DNA of 64,000 bases from Thermoanaerobaculia bacterium. Its GTDB lineage: Bacteria; Acidobacteriota; Thermoanaerobaculia; Multivoradales; JAGPDF01. The notes beneath the pieces are model-generated. The model was given only the letters and a program-made list of their open reading frames with translations, was not told where the DNA came from and did no database searches. Made by a program: the position numbers and the translations under genes. Shown in pieces: positions 44,967-54,140 of the stretch. The stretch is taken from assembly GCA_039932315.1 (NCBI GenBank), contig JBDTQG010000015.1, positions 1,148-65,147 on the forward strand. The letters are read 5' to 3'. Numbering within the stretch: position 1 is the first letter of the stretch; every line of letters begins with the position of its first letter.

Positions 44967-45929
44967 CTAGCCCTTCGAGACGCGAGACACTCGATCCTGG
45001 AGCTCACGAGCGTGCGCACGGAGGGCCGCCTGCAGGGTTTTCGGACGGAGAATCTCGAACGCAAAGGACAGCCGGGCGAGCTCTCTGGCGAGCCAGCCCA
45101 GGTCGTCGGTCTGGGAGCGGAGGAGGACGCCGCCGTCGACTTCTTCCATCGTGCCCAGGGTGGCGAAGATCTGTTTTCTCGCCGTGGCGAGGTTCGTGTG
45201 GAGGAGCACTTCCGCGCTGTGCGCGCGGGGGAGGCTCGCGATCGCTCGCGAGATCGTCGTCAGGATGTCGAGGTCGCGCGGGCGCGTGAAGGTCGTCTTG
45301 CGCGACTGCACGCTGCCGATCCGGTCGACGCGGAACGTCCGCGAGCCTTTGCGCAGATGGCAGTATCCGACGACGTACCAGCAGCCGCCGCGGTAGGCGA
45401 GGCCGTAGGTGTCGAAGTTCCGTTCCGTGGCGGAGCCGTCTGCCGCGCGATAGTCGAGATGCACCGTACGTTCCGCCTGCGCCGCGGAAGAAAGGGCGGC
45501 CAGGACGGCACTTTCGGCCGGAGCGCCCGACGCCGGGAGATCGAGGGCCATGGTCTCGTCGGCGGCGCGTACCCGGCGCTTGAGCTCGACCGGCATCACG
45601 CGCTCGAGCTTCGCTTTCGCGCTGGCGAGCCCGGGCGCCGTGCGCGAGAGTCCGAGCGCGCCGGCGGCCATCAGACCGAGGGAGAGCGCCAGGGCCTCGT
45701 CGTCACTGAACATCATGGGCGGCAGCTTGTAGCCGGCGACGAGCCCGTAGCCGCCCGCGGAGCCGCGTTCCGCAGTGACGGGAATTCCGAGTCCCTCGAG
45801 TGCCGTGATGTAACGCCGCACGGTGCGGCGGTCGACGCCGAGCCGGTGCGCGATCTCGGCACCGGAGATCTGTCCGTGCGCCTGCAGGAGCTCGAGCACG
45901 GCGAGGATCCGGGTCGTCGGCAGGCTCAC
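44967..45929 (-). CDS. YafY-family transcriptional regulator (HTH + WYL domain)
   Basis: 320-aa ORF. HTH: RILAVLELLQAHGQISGAEIAHRLGVDRRTVRRYITAL. WYL-region block: YGLAYRGGCWYVVGYCHLRKGSRTFRVDRI. Confidence 0.85.
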   Translation of the reverse strand: MSLPTTRILAVLELLQAHGQISGAEIAHRLGVDRRTVRRYITALEGLGIPVTAERGSAGGYGLVAGYKLPPMMFSDDEALALSLGLMAAGALGLSRTAPGLASAKAKLERVMPVELKRRVRAADETMALDLPASGAPAESAVLAALSSAAQAERTVHLDYRAADGSATERNFDTYGLAYRGGCWYVVGYCHLRKGSRTFRVDRIGSVQSRKTTFTRPRDLDILTTISRAIASLPRAHSAEVLLHTNLATARKQIFATLGTMEEVDGGVLLRSQTDDLGWLARELARLSFAFEILRPKTLQAALRAHARELQDRVSRVSKG

Positions 45930-45953
45930 GGAAGCACGCTATCAGCCAATAGG

Positions 45954-46000
45954 GCGGAATCCGCCCGCAATCGAAGAGACGCTCCTTCCGTTCCCGGGAA
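45954..46000. promoter_or_regulatory. two perfect short palindromes in the YafY/LysE divergent spacer (candidate operators)
   Basis: GCGGAATCCGC (45954-45964) and TTCCCGGGAA (45991-46000) lie within the 105-nt divergent intergenic region. Confidence 0.25.
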
Positions 46001-46034
46001 CCCTTCCCGCGTACAGAATGCGAGGAGCACTCTC

Positions 46035-46679
46035 ATGGCACCGGCAGCCTCACTGTGGATCTTCTTTGGACTCGTCTTCGGCATCGTCCTGTTGCCGGGG
46101 CTCGATATGGCGTGCGTGATCGCGAGCTCGCTCGGCGGTGGACGGCGGGCGGGTCTTGCGGCGGTTGCCGGGATCGCGACGGCAGCGGTCTTCCACGTCA
46201 CGATCGGAGCCGCTGGCGTCGCGACGATCCTCACCGCTGTGCCGGCGCTCTACAACGCGCTGCTCCTCGTCGGTGCCGCCTACATCGCCTGGATCGGAAT
46301 TTCGCTGCTGCGGGGCGGCGCAATGTTCGATACCAGCGGCGCATCCGCTGCTGTCGGCATTACCGCGCGAACCGCCTACCGCCGCGGCATGCTGACGAAC
46401 CTCCTCAACCCCAAGGCTTACGTCTTCATGCTGGCGGTCTTCCCGCAGTTCGTCCGCAACGAGTGGGGACCGATCTGGACGCAGGCGGTCGTGCTCCTCG
46501 CGATCATCGTCGCGACGCAGTTCGGAATCTACGGACCGCTCGCGCTTGCCGCGGCGCGCGCTCGTGGCTGGCTTGCGTCCCGGCCGCGCACCTTGTCGAA
46601 CATCGGACGCGGCGTCGGTCTGCTCCTTCTCGCGATCGCAGTCCTTTCGGCGCTCGAAGGCTGGAAGCGAATCGGATAG
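46035..46679 (+). CDS. LysE/RhtB-family amino-acid exporter
   Basis: ORF 44790..46679 trimmed to ATG 46035 (GAGGAG upstream). About six hydrophobic segments. LTNLLNPKAYVFMLAVFPQF block typical of the LysE family. Confidence 0.85.
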   Translation: MAPAASLWIFFGLVFGIVLLPGLDMACVIASSLGGGRRAGLAAVAGIATAAVFHVTIGAAGVATILTAVPALYNALLLVGAAYIAWIGISLLRGGAMFDTSGASAAVGITARTAYRRGMLTNLLNPKAYVFMLAVFPQFVRNEWGPIWTQAVVLLAIIVATQFGIYGPLALAAARARGWLASRPRTLSNIGRGVGLLLLAIAVLSALEGWKRIG

Positions 46680-46799
46680 AGCGTGCTGGCGAGGGCGAGT
46701 TCGGGACCGGGAAGGTCTGGGTCGCGGGCAGTTCGATGGCTCGTGTCCCTTTCTGCGGGTGTCTGACGTGCTCTTTTCTGGCGGCACTTGGGAGGAGAA

Positions 46800-47237
46800 A
46801 TGGGCTGGATCGAAAAAGGCTGGCAGGAACTGTCGCAGAGGCTCGCCGTCGCGCTCGAGCCGTTTCGCCAGGGAGAGGATCTGCTCGGTGTCGTGCACGC
46901 GAATCAGCCGGGAATGTTCTCGGCGCAGCTCTTCGCCATCGGAGTCACCGCGACGCGGCTGATCGTGCTGCCGCTCGACCGTCGGCACGAGCGCTCGGGA
47001 GAGCCGGCGATTTTCTCGCGCGCGGATCTCGAAGATGCGGCCGTCTGGGGCTGGGGCGGCTCGCTCGCCGACTTCGTGTCGGCGAGCGCGGGGCGCGAGG
47101 TGCGGTTCAGCGCCGGCGGCAGGCGTTACAAGCTGATGATTCTCGGTGGCAACGCGCTCGAGGATGCGCTGTCCGGTGCCGATCAGCAGCGGGGACTTGC
47201 GGTTCTGCTCGACTTCCTGCGCTCCGCGAAGCGCTGA
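46800..47237 (+). CDS. hypothetical protein (possibly bacterial PH-domain-like)
   Basis: ORF 46788..47237. ATG 46800 is preceded by GGAGGAG. Non-shadow composition. No family recognised with confidence. Confidence 0.55.
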   Translation: MGWIEKGWQELSQRLAVALEPFRQGEDLLGVVHANQPGMFSAQLFAIGVTATRLIVLPLDRRHERSGEPAIFSRADLEDAAVWGWGGSLADFVSASAGREVRFSAGGRRYKLMILGGNALEDALSGADQQRGLAVLLDFLRSAKR

Positions 47238-47250
47238 AGCTCCGACGGCG

Positions 47251-47545
47251 TCACGGTTCGATCGTTTCCCACGCTGCGGTCGATCCGGATTCGAAACCGT
47301 CGCGGAAGAGAAGGTTGGGCGCTCTCGTCGGCGCCCGGAAGCGCGTTCGCCTCCTGCACCGCAGCGCGCAGCGTGCAGGGCGCGGCGGCGAGAGCGCTCG
47401 CGCAGAGGCCGTCGCCGGGCGCGGCATCGACGGCATCGGTGAGCGGTACGACGACAAATTCCGCGGCGAGCGAGGGCCGGACGATTGCGATCAGTGCGCC
47501 GGTCAGCAGGGCGATCCGTCGGACGCTCGGCGATCTCATGGCCAT
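47251..47545 (-). pseudogene. collapsed, frameshifted remnant of a secreted CSLREA-motif protein retaining only head and DGFE tail
   Basis: Frame A from ATG 47545: MAMRSPSVRRIALLTGALIAIVRPSLAA (signal) EFVVVPLTDAVDAAPGDGLCASALAAAPCTLRAAVQEANALPGADE, then Arg-rich junk. A different frame from about 47330 reads APNLLFRDGFESGSTAAWETIEP(stop at 47251). Confidence 0.5.
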
Positions 47546-47702
47546 GGCGGGCGATCCTGTCGCCCGGAGCTGCGGCGGTCCAGGGAGCGCGCCGCAGGGC
47601 CGGATGGGCTGAGCGGGAGAGGTGCCAGGCGCGCGACGCGCCGGCGGAGGAAACGAAACGTCCGCGCCGGCGGCTCGTAGTAGAAAGCGAGAGGAGAGCC
47701 CC

Positions 47703-47984
47703 ATGACGGAATCCAGATTGCGACGTTCTCGAAACAGCAGGATGTTCGGCGGTGTGATCGGTGGCTTCGCAGACTACTTCGAGCGTGACCCGGCGCTCCT
47801 TCGCCTGATCTATGTGCTGGTGTCGATCGTGTCGGCGGCGTTTCCCGGCATCTTCGTGTATCTCATCCTCTGGGCGGTGATTCCGCTCGCGGAGGTCCGG
47901 CCGACATCCTTCCAGGCGACCCCGCAGGGAACGCCGCGAACCGCGCCGCCGCCGACCGGCGACGGACAGGCGGTCCCTGCCTGA
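47703..47984 (+). CDS. PspC-domain membrane protein
   Basis: ORF 47622..47984 trimmed to ATG 47703. RLRRSRNSRMFGGVIGGFADYFERDPALLRLIYVLVSIVSAAFPGIFVYLILWAVIP is a typical PspC domain. Confidence 0.75.
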   Translation: MTESRLRRSRNSRMFGGVIGGFADYFERDPALLRLIYVLVSIVSAAFPGIFVYLILWAVIPLAEVRPTSFQATPQGTPRTAPPPTGDGQAVPA

Positions 47985-48054
47985 CGGAGGCCGGTCGGCC
48001 GTGAGGTCGGCGGCTTCACTGTCATTCCGGCGCTCGACCGTTACAATCGGTCGA

Positions 48055-49938
48055 ATGACGTCTTTCCGTACCTGCCTCGGGGCCCTCGCGGTCCTCACTC
48101 TCGTCGCCGCCTGCAGCAGCCAGCCGTCCGCACGTTCGCCGGCGGCTCCGGCGGCTCCGGCGGGCGCCGGTCCGGCGAACCCCGCGCACCCCGCCGACGC
48201 CGCGACGTCGGGGGGCGAAGCATCGAGCGCTCCCGTGCCACCGATCGGCTCGAGCTCCGCGACGCCCGAGCTCGCGTCCGCCGCCGCCGCTGCGCGCAAT
48301 GGCGCCGCGGCGAGCCAGGGTGTCGAGGAACCGGGCTCGCTCGAGCTTCAGCCCGAGGACGCCGATGCCGACGCCGCGGACAACGATGCCTCCGCCAGTG
48401 AAGCGGTGGCCGCCGCGGACCCTGAAACTCTGCTGCACGAGGCGATGGAAGCCTACGCTTCCGCCGGAGTCGCCTGGGATCGGGGTGCGATCGACGAGGC
48501 TCTCGCCGGGCTCGACCTCGCGTACGAACGGATGATGAAGATCGCTCTCGACCCGGCGCCGGGCGGCGATGCCGTGCTGTCGCAGGAGAAGGGCAATCTG
48601 CGGCGCCTGATTTCGCGCCGCATCGTCGAGATCTACGCTTCCCGCCAGACCGCAGTCGGCGACACCGGGGCCTCGATTCCGCGCGACATGAACCCGGACG
48701 TCCAGCGCGAGATCGCAAGCTTCCAGGGGCGTGAGCGCGACTTCTTTCTCGACGCCTACCGGCGCTCGGGCCTCTATCGGCCGATGATCGTCGCGCAGCT
48801 CCAGGAGGCCGGGCTTCCGGAGCAGCTTTCCTGGTTGCCGCTCGTCGAAAGCGGTTTCAAGGAGCGTGCGCTTTCGAGCGCCCGAGCCCTCGGACTCTGG
48901 CAGTTCATCGCGTCGACCGGGTATCGCTACGGGCTCGATCGTTCTTCCTGGATCGACGAGCGGATGGACCCGGAAAAGGCGACCAAGTCGGCGCTTGCGT
49001 ATCTCACGGCTCTCCACGATCTCTTCGGCGACTGGTTGACGGCGCTTGCGGCCTACAACTGCGGCGAGCACAACGTCTTGCGCCAGATCAACAATCAGAA
49101 AGTCAGCTACCTCGATCAGTTCTGGGATCTCTATTCGCGACTGCCGAGCGAAACCCGGCGCTACGTTCCGCGCTTTCTCGCGACCCTCGCCATCCTCGAA
49201 GATCCGGCGCGCTACGGCTTCGAGCTTCCGGAGACGTTGACGCCGGTCGAATTCGAGACCGTCGCGATCGAACGCCCGGCGCAGCTCGAGATGCTCGACC
49301 GCGCGCTCGCGCTCGAGAACGGGACGCTGGCGCGGCTCAATCCGGAGCTTCGCCGGAACGCCACTCCGCGGGAGAACTACCAGCTGAAGGTGCCTCCGGG
49401 GACGGCGCCGGTCCTCACGGCGAGCCTCGAGAGTCTGCCGCGGTGGGATCCACCGGCGGTGAGCAGCGTGCAGTACGAGTCCGGGTCGCATCGTGTGCGC
49501 TCGGGGGACACGCTTTCGGCGATTGCGACGCGTTACCGCACGAGCGTCGCGGCCATCAAGGCCGCCAACAATCTGCGCAGTGACCGGCTCTCGCTGGGGC
49601 AGCGGTTGCGCATTCCCGGGCGCGCTGCCGCCTCGCGCCGGGACAGCGATGCCGCGGACGCGCCTCCGGCGGGCCGCAAGGCCGCGTCCGCACCGGCTCC
49701 GCTCGTTCCGCTCGCTCCGGTCGCTCCGGTCGCTCCGACGGCTCCGTCGTCGGCTCCGGCCGCCGGAGTCCGGCATGAGGTGCGCTTCGGCGACAGCCTG
49801 TGGCAGCTCGCGTCCCGCTACGGCACGACGGTCGAGCAGATCCGCGCCGACAATGGGTTGACCGGAAATGCACTTCTTCCGGGACAGATCCTGGTCATCC
49901 GTCCGGGAGCGGCCCCCGCGCAGCCCGGCGGCCGCTAG
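48055..49938 (+). CDS. membrane-bound lytic murein transglycosylase (MltD-like: SLT domain + 2 LysM)
   Basis: ORF 48001..49938 trimmed to ATG 48055. Lipobox: LTLVAAC. SLT blocks: LPLVESGFKERALSSARALGLWQF, AYNCGEHNV. Two LysM repeats: HRVRSGDTLSAIATRY..., HEVRFGDSLWQLASRY.... Confidence 0.88.
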   Translation: MTSFRTCLGALAVLTLVAACSSQPSARSPAAPAAPAGAGPANPAHPADAATSGGEASSAPVPPIGSSSATPELASAAAAARNGAAASQGVEEPGSLELQPEDADADAADNDASASEAVAAADPETLLHEAMEAYASAGVAWDRGAIDEALAGLDLAYERMMKIALDPAPGGDAVLSQEKGNLRRLISRRIVEIYASRQTAVGDTGASIPRDMNPDVQREIASFQGRERDFFLDAYRRSGLYRPMIVAQLQEAGLPEQLSWLPLVESGFKERALSSARALGLWQFIASTGYRYGLDRSSWIDERMDPEKATKSALAYLTALHDLFGDWLTALAAYNCGEHNVLRQINNQKVSYLDQFWDLYSRLPSETRRYVPRFLATLAILEDPARYGFELPETLTPVEFETVAIERPAQLEMLDRALALENGTLARLNPELRRNATPRENYQLKVPPGTAPVLTASLESLPRWDPPAVSSVQYESGSHRVRSGDTLSAIATRYRTSVAAIKAANNLRSDRLSLGQRLRIPGRAAASRRDSDAADAPPAGRKAASAPAPLVPLAPVAPVAPTAPSSAPAAGVRHEVRFGDSLWQLASRYGTTVEQIRADNGLTGNALLPGQILVIRPGAAPAQPGGR

Positions 49939-50013
49939 ACCAGGGTCGCGAGCCCTCGCGGGCGACGCGGCCAGGTCGTTGCGATGCCTGCAGTGCGGTA
50001 GACTCCGCGAGTC

Positions 50014-50841
50014 GTGCAGTCCTCCCTCATCTTCGAGGATCCCCCAGTTTTCTTCCCCCCCTTGCGGGCCGCGGTCCTGGGCTCCGGAAGCGGGGGAAAC
50101 GCCGTTGTCGTCGAATCCGGCGGCACGCGGGTTCTGATCGACGCGGGTTTCTCCTGTCGTGAGCTCGAGCGCCGCATGCGCAATATCGGCATCGAGCCGT
50201 CGACGATCTCGGCGATGCTTCTCACCCACGAGCACGAGGATCATGTGAAGGGTGTCGACCGGTTCGCCCGCAAGTACGGGTTGCCGGTCTACCTCACGGC
50301 GGGGACGATGCTCGGAACCGTGCTTGGGGAGGAGGTTCTTCCCCGGGCGGTGCGCATCGAATCGGGCCGGCCTTTCGAGGTCGGCCCGTTTGCCATCGAG
50401 GCCTTTTCGATTCCCCACGATGCGCGCGAACCGGTCGGCTTCGTCCTGCAGGACCGCGCGGGGCGAAGGCTCGGCCTCGCGGCGGATCTCGGCTGTCGGA
50501 CGCAGCTCGCCTGGGGGCGACTCGTCGACCTCGACTGCCTGCTCCTCGAGACGAACCACGATCTCGAAATGCTGCGCTCCGGTCCGTACCCGTGGTCGCT
50601 CAAGCAGCGTGTCGCCTCGCGGCACGGCCATCTTTCGAATCGCGAAGCGGCCGACGGACTGCCGGAGCTCCTCGCCGAACGCCTGCGTTACATCGTGCTC
50701 TACCACCTCTCCCGCACCAACAACCTGCCGGCGCTCGCTGCTGCCGAAGTTGCCGAAACTCTGGCGCGCGAAGGCTCGAGCACGGAGATCGTGATCAGCG
50801 ACCAGTTCGAACCGAGTCTCTGGATGGAGATCGGGACGTGA
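50014..50841 (+). CDS. MBL-fold metallo-hydrolase
   Basis: 275-aa ORF (GTG 50014; TTG 50062 would give a more typical N-terminus, RAAVLGSGSGGNAVVVE). LLTHEHEDHVKG motif. Confidence 0.8.
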   Translation: MQSSLIFEDPPVFFPPLRAAVLGSGSGGNAVVVESGGTRVLIDAGFSCRELERRMRNIGIEPSTISAMLLTHEHEDHVKGVDRFARKYGLPVYLTAGTMLGTVLGEEVLPRAVRIESGRPFEVGPFAIEAFSIPHDAREPVGFVLQDRAGRRLGLAADLGCRTQLAWGRLVDLDCLLLETNHDLEMLRSGPYPWSLKQRVASRHGHLSNREAADGLPELLAERLRYIVLYHLSRTNNLPALAAAEVAETLAREGSSTEIVISDQFEPSLWMEIGT

Positions 50842-50867
50842 AGTCCGACCAGAAAGGCGAGTGATCG

Positions 50868-51140
50868 ATGCAGGCCAAGGTGACGGTGTATCCGCGACGC
50901 GAAATACTCGATCCGCAGGGCAAGGCGATCTGCACGGCACTGCAGCGCAGCGGTTTTGCCGAGGTGACCGCCGTGCGTGCCGGCAAGACCTTCGAGATCG
51001 ATCTCGGCCCGGCGGACTCTCCGCAGGCCGCGGACCGGGTGGCCAGAATGTGCGAGCAGCTGCTCGCCAACACCGTCGTCGAGGAATACGCGATCGAGAT
51101 CGTTGCCGGCGCGGGCTCGTCGCCGGAGTCCAAGCCGTGA
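50868..51140 (+). CDS. purS: phosphoribosylformylglycinamidine synthase subunit PurS
   Basis: 90-aa [33 protein letters not shown] is a typical PurS sequence. Immediately precedes purQ. Confidence 0.9.
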   Translation: MQAKVTVYPRREILDPQGKAICTALQRSGFAEVTAVRAGKTFEIDLGPADSPQAADRVARMCEQLLANTVVEEYAIEIVAGAGSSPESKP

Positions 51141-51847
51141 GGTGCGGCGTCGTCCTCTTCCCGGGTTCGAACTGCGACCACGACGTCTATCACGTGCTGA
51201 AGCACGTGCTGGAGCAGGATGTGGTCTATCTCTGGCACGAAGAGGCGACGCTCAAGTCGTGCGATTTCATCGTCCTTCCGGGCGGCTGGTCGTACGGCGA
51301 CTACCTGCGCGGCGGTGCGATGGCCGCGCTTTCGCCGGTCATGCAGTCGGTACGGGAGCATGCCGCCAGAGGCGGTCCGGTGCTCGGCATCTGCAACGGC
51401 TTCCAGGTGCTCACCGAAGCGCACCTCTTGCCCGGCGCCCTGCGGCGCAACCGCGGACTGCGATTCGAGTGCCGCGATACCTATCTCAGGGTCGAGCGCA
51501 CCGATCTCGCGTACACCAGTCAGTACGAGCTCGGTCAGGTTCTGCGGCTGCCGATCGCGCACGGCGAAGGAAATTACGAACATTTCTCCGCAGATCTCGA
51601 CAAGCTCGAGGCGAACCGACAGATCGTCTTCCGCTACGTTTCTCCGGCGGGAGAGCTCGACGACAGCTGGAACGCCAACGGCTCGGCTCGCGCGATCGCC
51701 GGCGTCGTGAACGAGGGCGGCAACGTACTCGGTCTCATGCCCCATCCGGAACGCTGCGCGGAAGAGGTGCTCGGCAATCTCGACGGTCTCGGACTCTTCC
51801 AGGGAATCGTCCAGCCCGCGGCGCGGTTCGTCGGAGCGGCCAGATGA
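51137..51847 (+). CDS. purQ: phosphoribosylformylglycinamidine synthase glutaminase subunit PurQ
   Basis: ORF 50861..51847 trimmed to GTG 51137 (GTGA overlap with the purS stop). [12 protein letters not shown], catalytic GICNGFQ, HPE. Confidence 0.93.
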   Translation: MRCGVVLFPGSNCDHDVYHVLKHVLEQDVVYLWHEEATLKSCDFIVLPGGWSYGDYLRGGAMAALSPVMQSVREHAARGGPVLGICNGFQVLTEAHLLPGALRRNRGLRFECRDTYLRVERTDLAYTSQYELGQVLRLPIAHGEGNYEHFSADLDKLEANRQIVFRYVSPAGELDDSWNANGSARAIAGVVNEGGNVLGLMPHPERCAEEVLGNLDGLGLFQGIVQPAARFVGAAR

Positions 51848-54108
51848 CGGCGACCAAGGTGGCCACGGGAAACGCGGGAGGGGCATCCGCTGTGCGGCCC
51901 GAAGCGGTGGTCGACGAGCGCCTGGCGCGCGAGCATGGCCTCACGGCGGAGGAGTTCGAACGTCTGAAGGGATTTCTCGGACGCAATCCTTCGCTCACCG
52001 AGCTCGGCATCACCTCGGCGCTCTGGTCGGAGCACTGCTCCTACAAATCGTCCAAGGTCTATCTCCGGGAATTCCCGACGTCGGGCGCCCGTGTGCTCCA
52101 GGGACCGGGCGAGAACGCAGGCGTCGTCGACATCGGCCACGGCTGGGTCGCGGTCTTCAAAATGGAGAGCCACAACCATCCGAGCTTCATCGAGCCTTTT
52201 CAGGGCGCGGCGACCGGCGTCGGTGGAATTCTGCGCGACATCTTCACCATGGGCGCGCGGCCGATCGCCTGCATGGACTCGCTGTCGTTCGGAGAGATCG
52301 ACGCGCCGCGCATGCGCTCGCTGATCGACGGCGTCGTGCGAGGCATCGGCACGTACGGCAACTGCATGGGGATTCCGACGGTCGGAGGCGAGACCCGTTT
52401 CCACGCCGCGTACAACCAGAACATCCTGGTGAACGCCTTCGCTCTCGGCGTCGCGCGCCGGGAGAGAATCTTCAAGGCCAAGGCCTCCGGCCCGGGCAAT
52501 TCGATTCTCTACGCCGGCAGCCGCACCGGGCGCGATGGCATCCACGGCGCTGCCATGGCTTCGGAATCGTTCGACTCAGAGAGCGAGAAGAAGAAGCCGA
52601 CGGTGCAGGTCGGCGATCCGTTCGTCGAGAAGATCCTGCTCGAGGCCTGTCTTGAAGCCATGCGCTCGACGGCGATCGTCGCCATCCAGGACATGGGCGC
52701 GGCAGGTCTCACGAGCTCGATCTTCGAGATGGCCTCCCGCGGACAGATCGGCTTCGTGCTCGATCTCGACAAGGTTCCGCTGCGTCAGCCGGGCCTTTCT
52801 GCCTACGAAATGATGCTCTCGGAGTCGCAGGAGCGCATGGTCCTGGTGGTGAAGCGCGGACGCGAGGAAGAGATCGCGAAGATCTACCGCAAGTGGGGAC
52901 TCGAGGTCGCGACGGTCGGCGAGCTCAAGGCCGGCTCGCGCGCCGAGATCCGGCATCGCGGCAAGATCGCCGCCGAGATGCCGATCGCTCCGCTGACCGA
53001 CGATGCCCCGGTCTACGAACGCCCGGTCGCGGTGCCCGCGGATCTCGCTCGCCGGCAGGAGATGCCGGACGTTCCGTTGCCGAAGGATCTCAAGGCGACC
53101 CTCGCGGCACTGCTCGCGACGCCGGAGCTCGCGAGCAAGGAATGGATCTGGCGGCAATACGACTTCACCGTCCGCACGAACACGGTGATCGGCCCCGGTG
53201 GTGACGCCGCGGTTTTGCGGCTCAAGGGCACTCCGTCCGGGATTGCCATGACTTCCGACGTGAACCCGGTCTACTGCAGCCTCGATCCGCGCCGCGGCGG
53301 CCAACAGGCGGTCGCCGAGGCGATGCGGAACCTCGCCTGCGTCGGCGCCGAGCCGATCGGCGTGACCGACTGTCTCAACTTCGGCAATCCCGAGAACCCC
53401 GAAATCCTCTGGCAGTTCCGTGAAGCGGTGAGGGGAATCTCCGACGCCTGCCGCGCCTTTGCGGTTCCGGTGATTTCCGGCAATGTCTCGCTCTACAACG
53501 AGACGGAAGGGCGGTCGATCCCGCCCACGCCGACGATCGGCATGGTCGGCCTGATCGACAATCTCGGCGAGATTCCCGTCGCGCATTTCCGCTTCGCGGG
53601 AGATCGCATCGTGCTTCTCGGGGCGACGCCCGGTTCTGCCGGGGAGTTCGGTGGTTCGGCCTATCTGCGGCTTCTCCACGGAATCGAGCAGGGAATGCCT
53701 CCGGCCGTGGATCTCGCTGCGGAGGCGCGGCTCGCGCGACTTCTGCGCCAGGCGATCGCCGGCAGCGCCGTGCATTCGGCGCACGATCTCTCCGAGGGCG
53801 GGCTGGCGCTTGCCCTCGCCGAGGCGTGCATCGGCAGCAGCCAGCATCTCGGGGCGCGAGTGAAAGTCGATCTGTCCCCGGTCGACCTGTTTTCGGAAAC
53901 TCAGGGACGGGCACTCGTGGCCGTCGCGCCGGCGCGGCTCGAACGGCTGATGCGTCTCGCGCAGGAATGTGGAGTGCAGGCGCTCGAGATCGGCGAAGTC
54001 GGCGGCCAGGAGCTCGTCGTCGAGGCCGATGGCGGGACTCTGCGAGCGAATGTCACAGAGCTGCACACGATCTGGTCGACGGCGCTGCCGCAGGCGCTGG
54101 GACTCTAG
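51844..54108 (+). CDS. purL: phosphoribosylformylglycinamidine synthase subunit PurL
   Basis: ORF 50977..54108 trimmed to ATG 51844 (ATGA overlap with the purQ stop). [37 protein letters not shown]. Confidence 0.95.
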   Translation: MTATKVATGNAGGASAVRPEAVVDERLAREHGLTAEEFERLKGFLGRNPSLTELGITSALWSEHCSYKSSKVYLREFPTSGARVLQGPGENAGVVDIGHGWVAVFKMESHNHPSFIEPFQGAATGVGGILRDIFTMGARPIACMDSLSFGEIDAPRMRSLIDGVVRGIGTYGNCMGIPTVGGETRFHAAYNQNILVNAFALGVARRERIFKAKASGPGNSILYAGSRTGRDGIHGAAMASESFDSESEKKKPTVQVGDPFVEKILLEACLEAMRSTAIVAIQDMGAAGLTSSIFEMASRGQIGFVLDLDKVPLRQPGLSAYEMMLSESQERMVLVVKRGREEEIAKIYRKWGLEVATVGELKAGSRAEIRHRGKIAAEMPIAPLTDDAPVYERPVAVPADLARRQEMPDVPLPKDLKATLAALLATPELASKEWIWRQYDFTVRTNTVIGPGGDAAVLRLKGTPSGIAMTSDVNPVYCSLDPRRGGQQAVAEAMRNLACVGAEPIGVTDCLNFGNPENPEILWQFREAVRGISDACRAFAVPVISGNVSLYNETEGRSIPPTPTIGMVGLIDNLGEIPVAHFRFAGDRIVLLGATPGSAGEFGGSAYLRLLHGIEQGMPPAVDLAAEARLARLLRQAIAGSAVHSAHDLSEGGLALALAEACIGSSQHLGARVKVDLSPVDLFSETQGRALVAVAPARLERLMRLAQECGVQALEIGEVGGQELVVEADGGTLRANVTELHTIWSTALPQALGL

Positions 54109-54140
54109 GAAACGGCCGGAGAATCGGGGGCGAACGGACT

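Noticed and set aside
44967-45929. WYL-domain regulator as a flag for a defence island
   Set aside because: Its neighbours are a LysE exporter and a beta-lactamase-family hydrolase. No nuclease, helicase, methylase or other defence-type genes are nearby.
46050-48299. 749-aa minus-strand ORF
   Set aside because: Spans several independent + strand genes (LysE, PH-like, PspC, mltD start) and intergenic DNA. The translation is Arg/Ala/Pro/Ser junk with no motifs.
49680-49760. Short tandem CCG-CTC-GCT-like DNA repeat
   Set aside because: It simply encodes a Pro/Ala/Val linker (PLVPLAPVAPVAPTAPSSAP) between the two LysM domains of the transglycosylase.
48022-50940. 972-aa minus-strand ORF, the longest in the track
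   Set aside because: Antisense to three well-supported + strand genes (MltD-like, MBL hydrolase, start of purS). Extremely Arg-rich, low-complexity translation. A classic high-GC antisense ORF.
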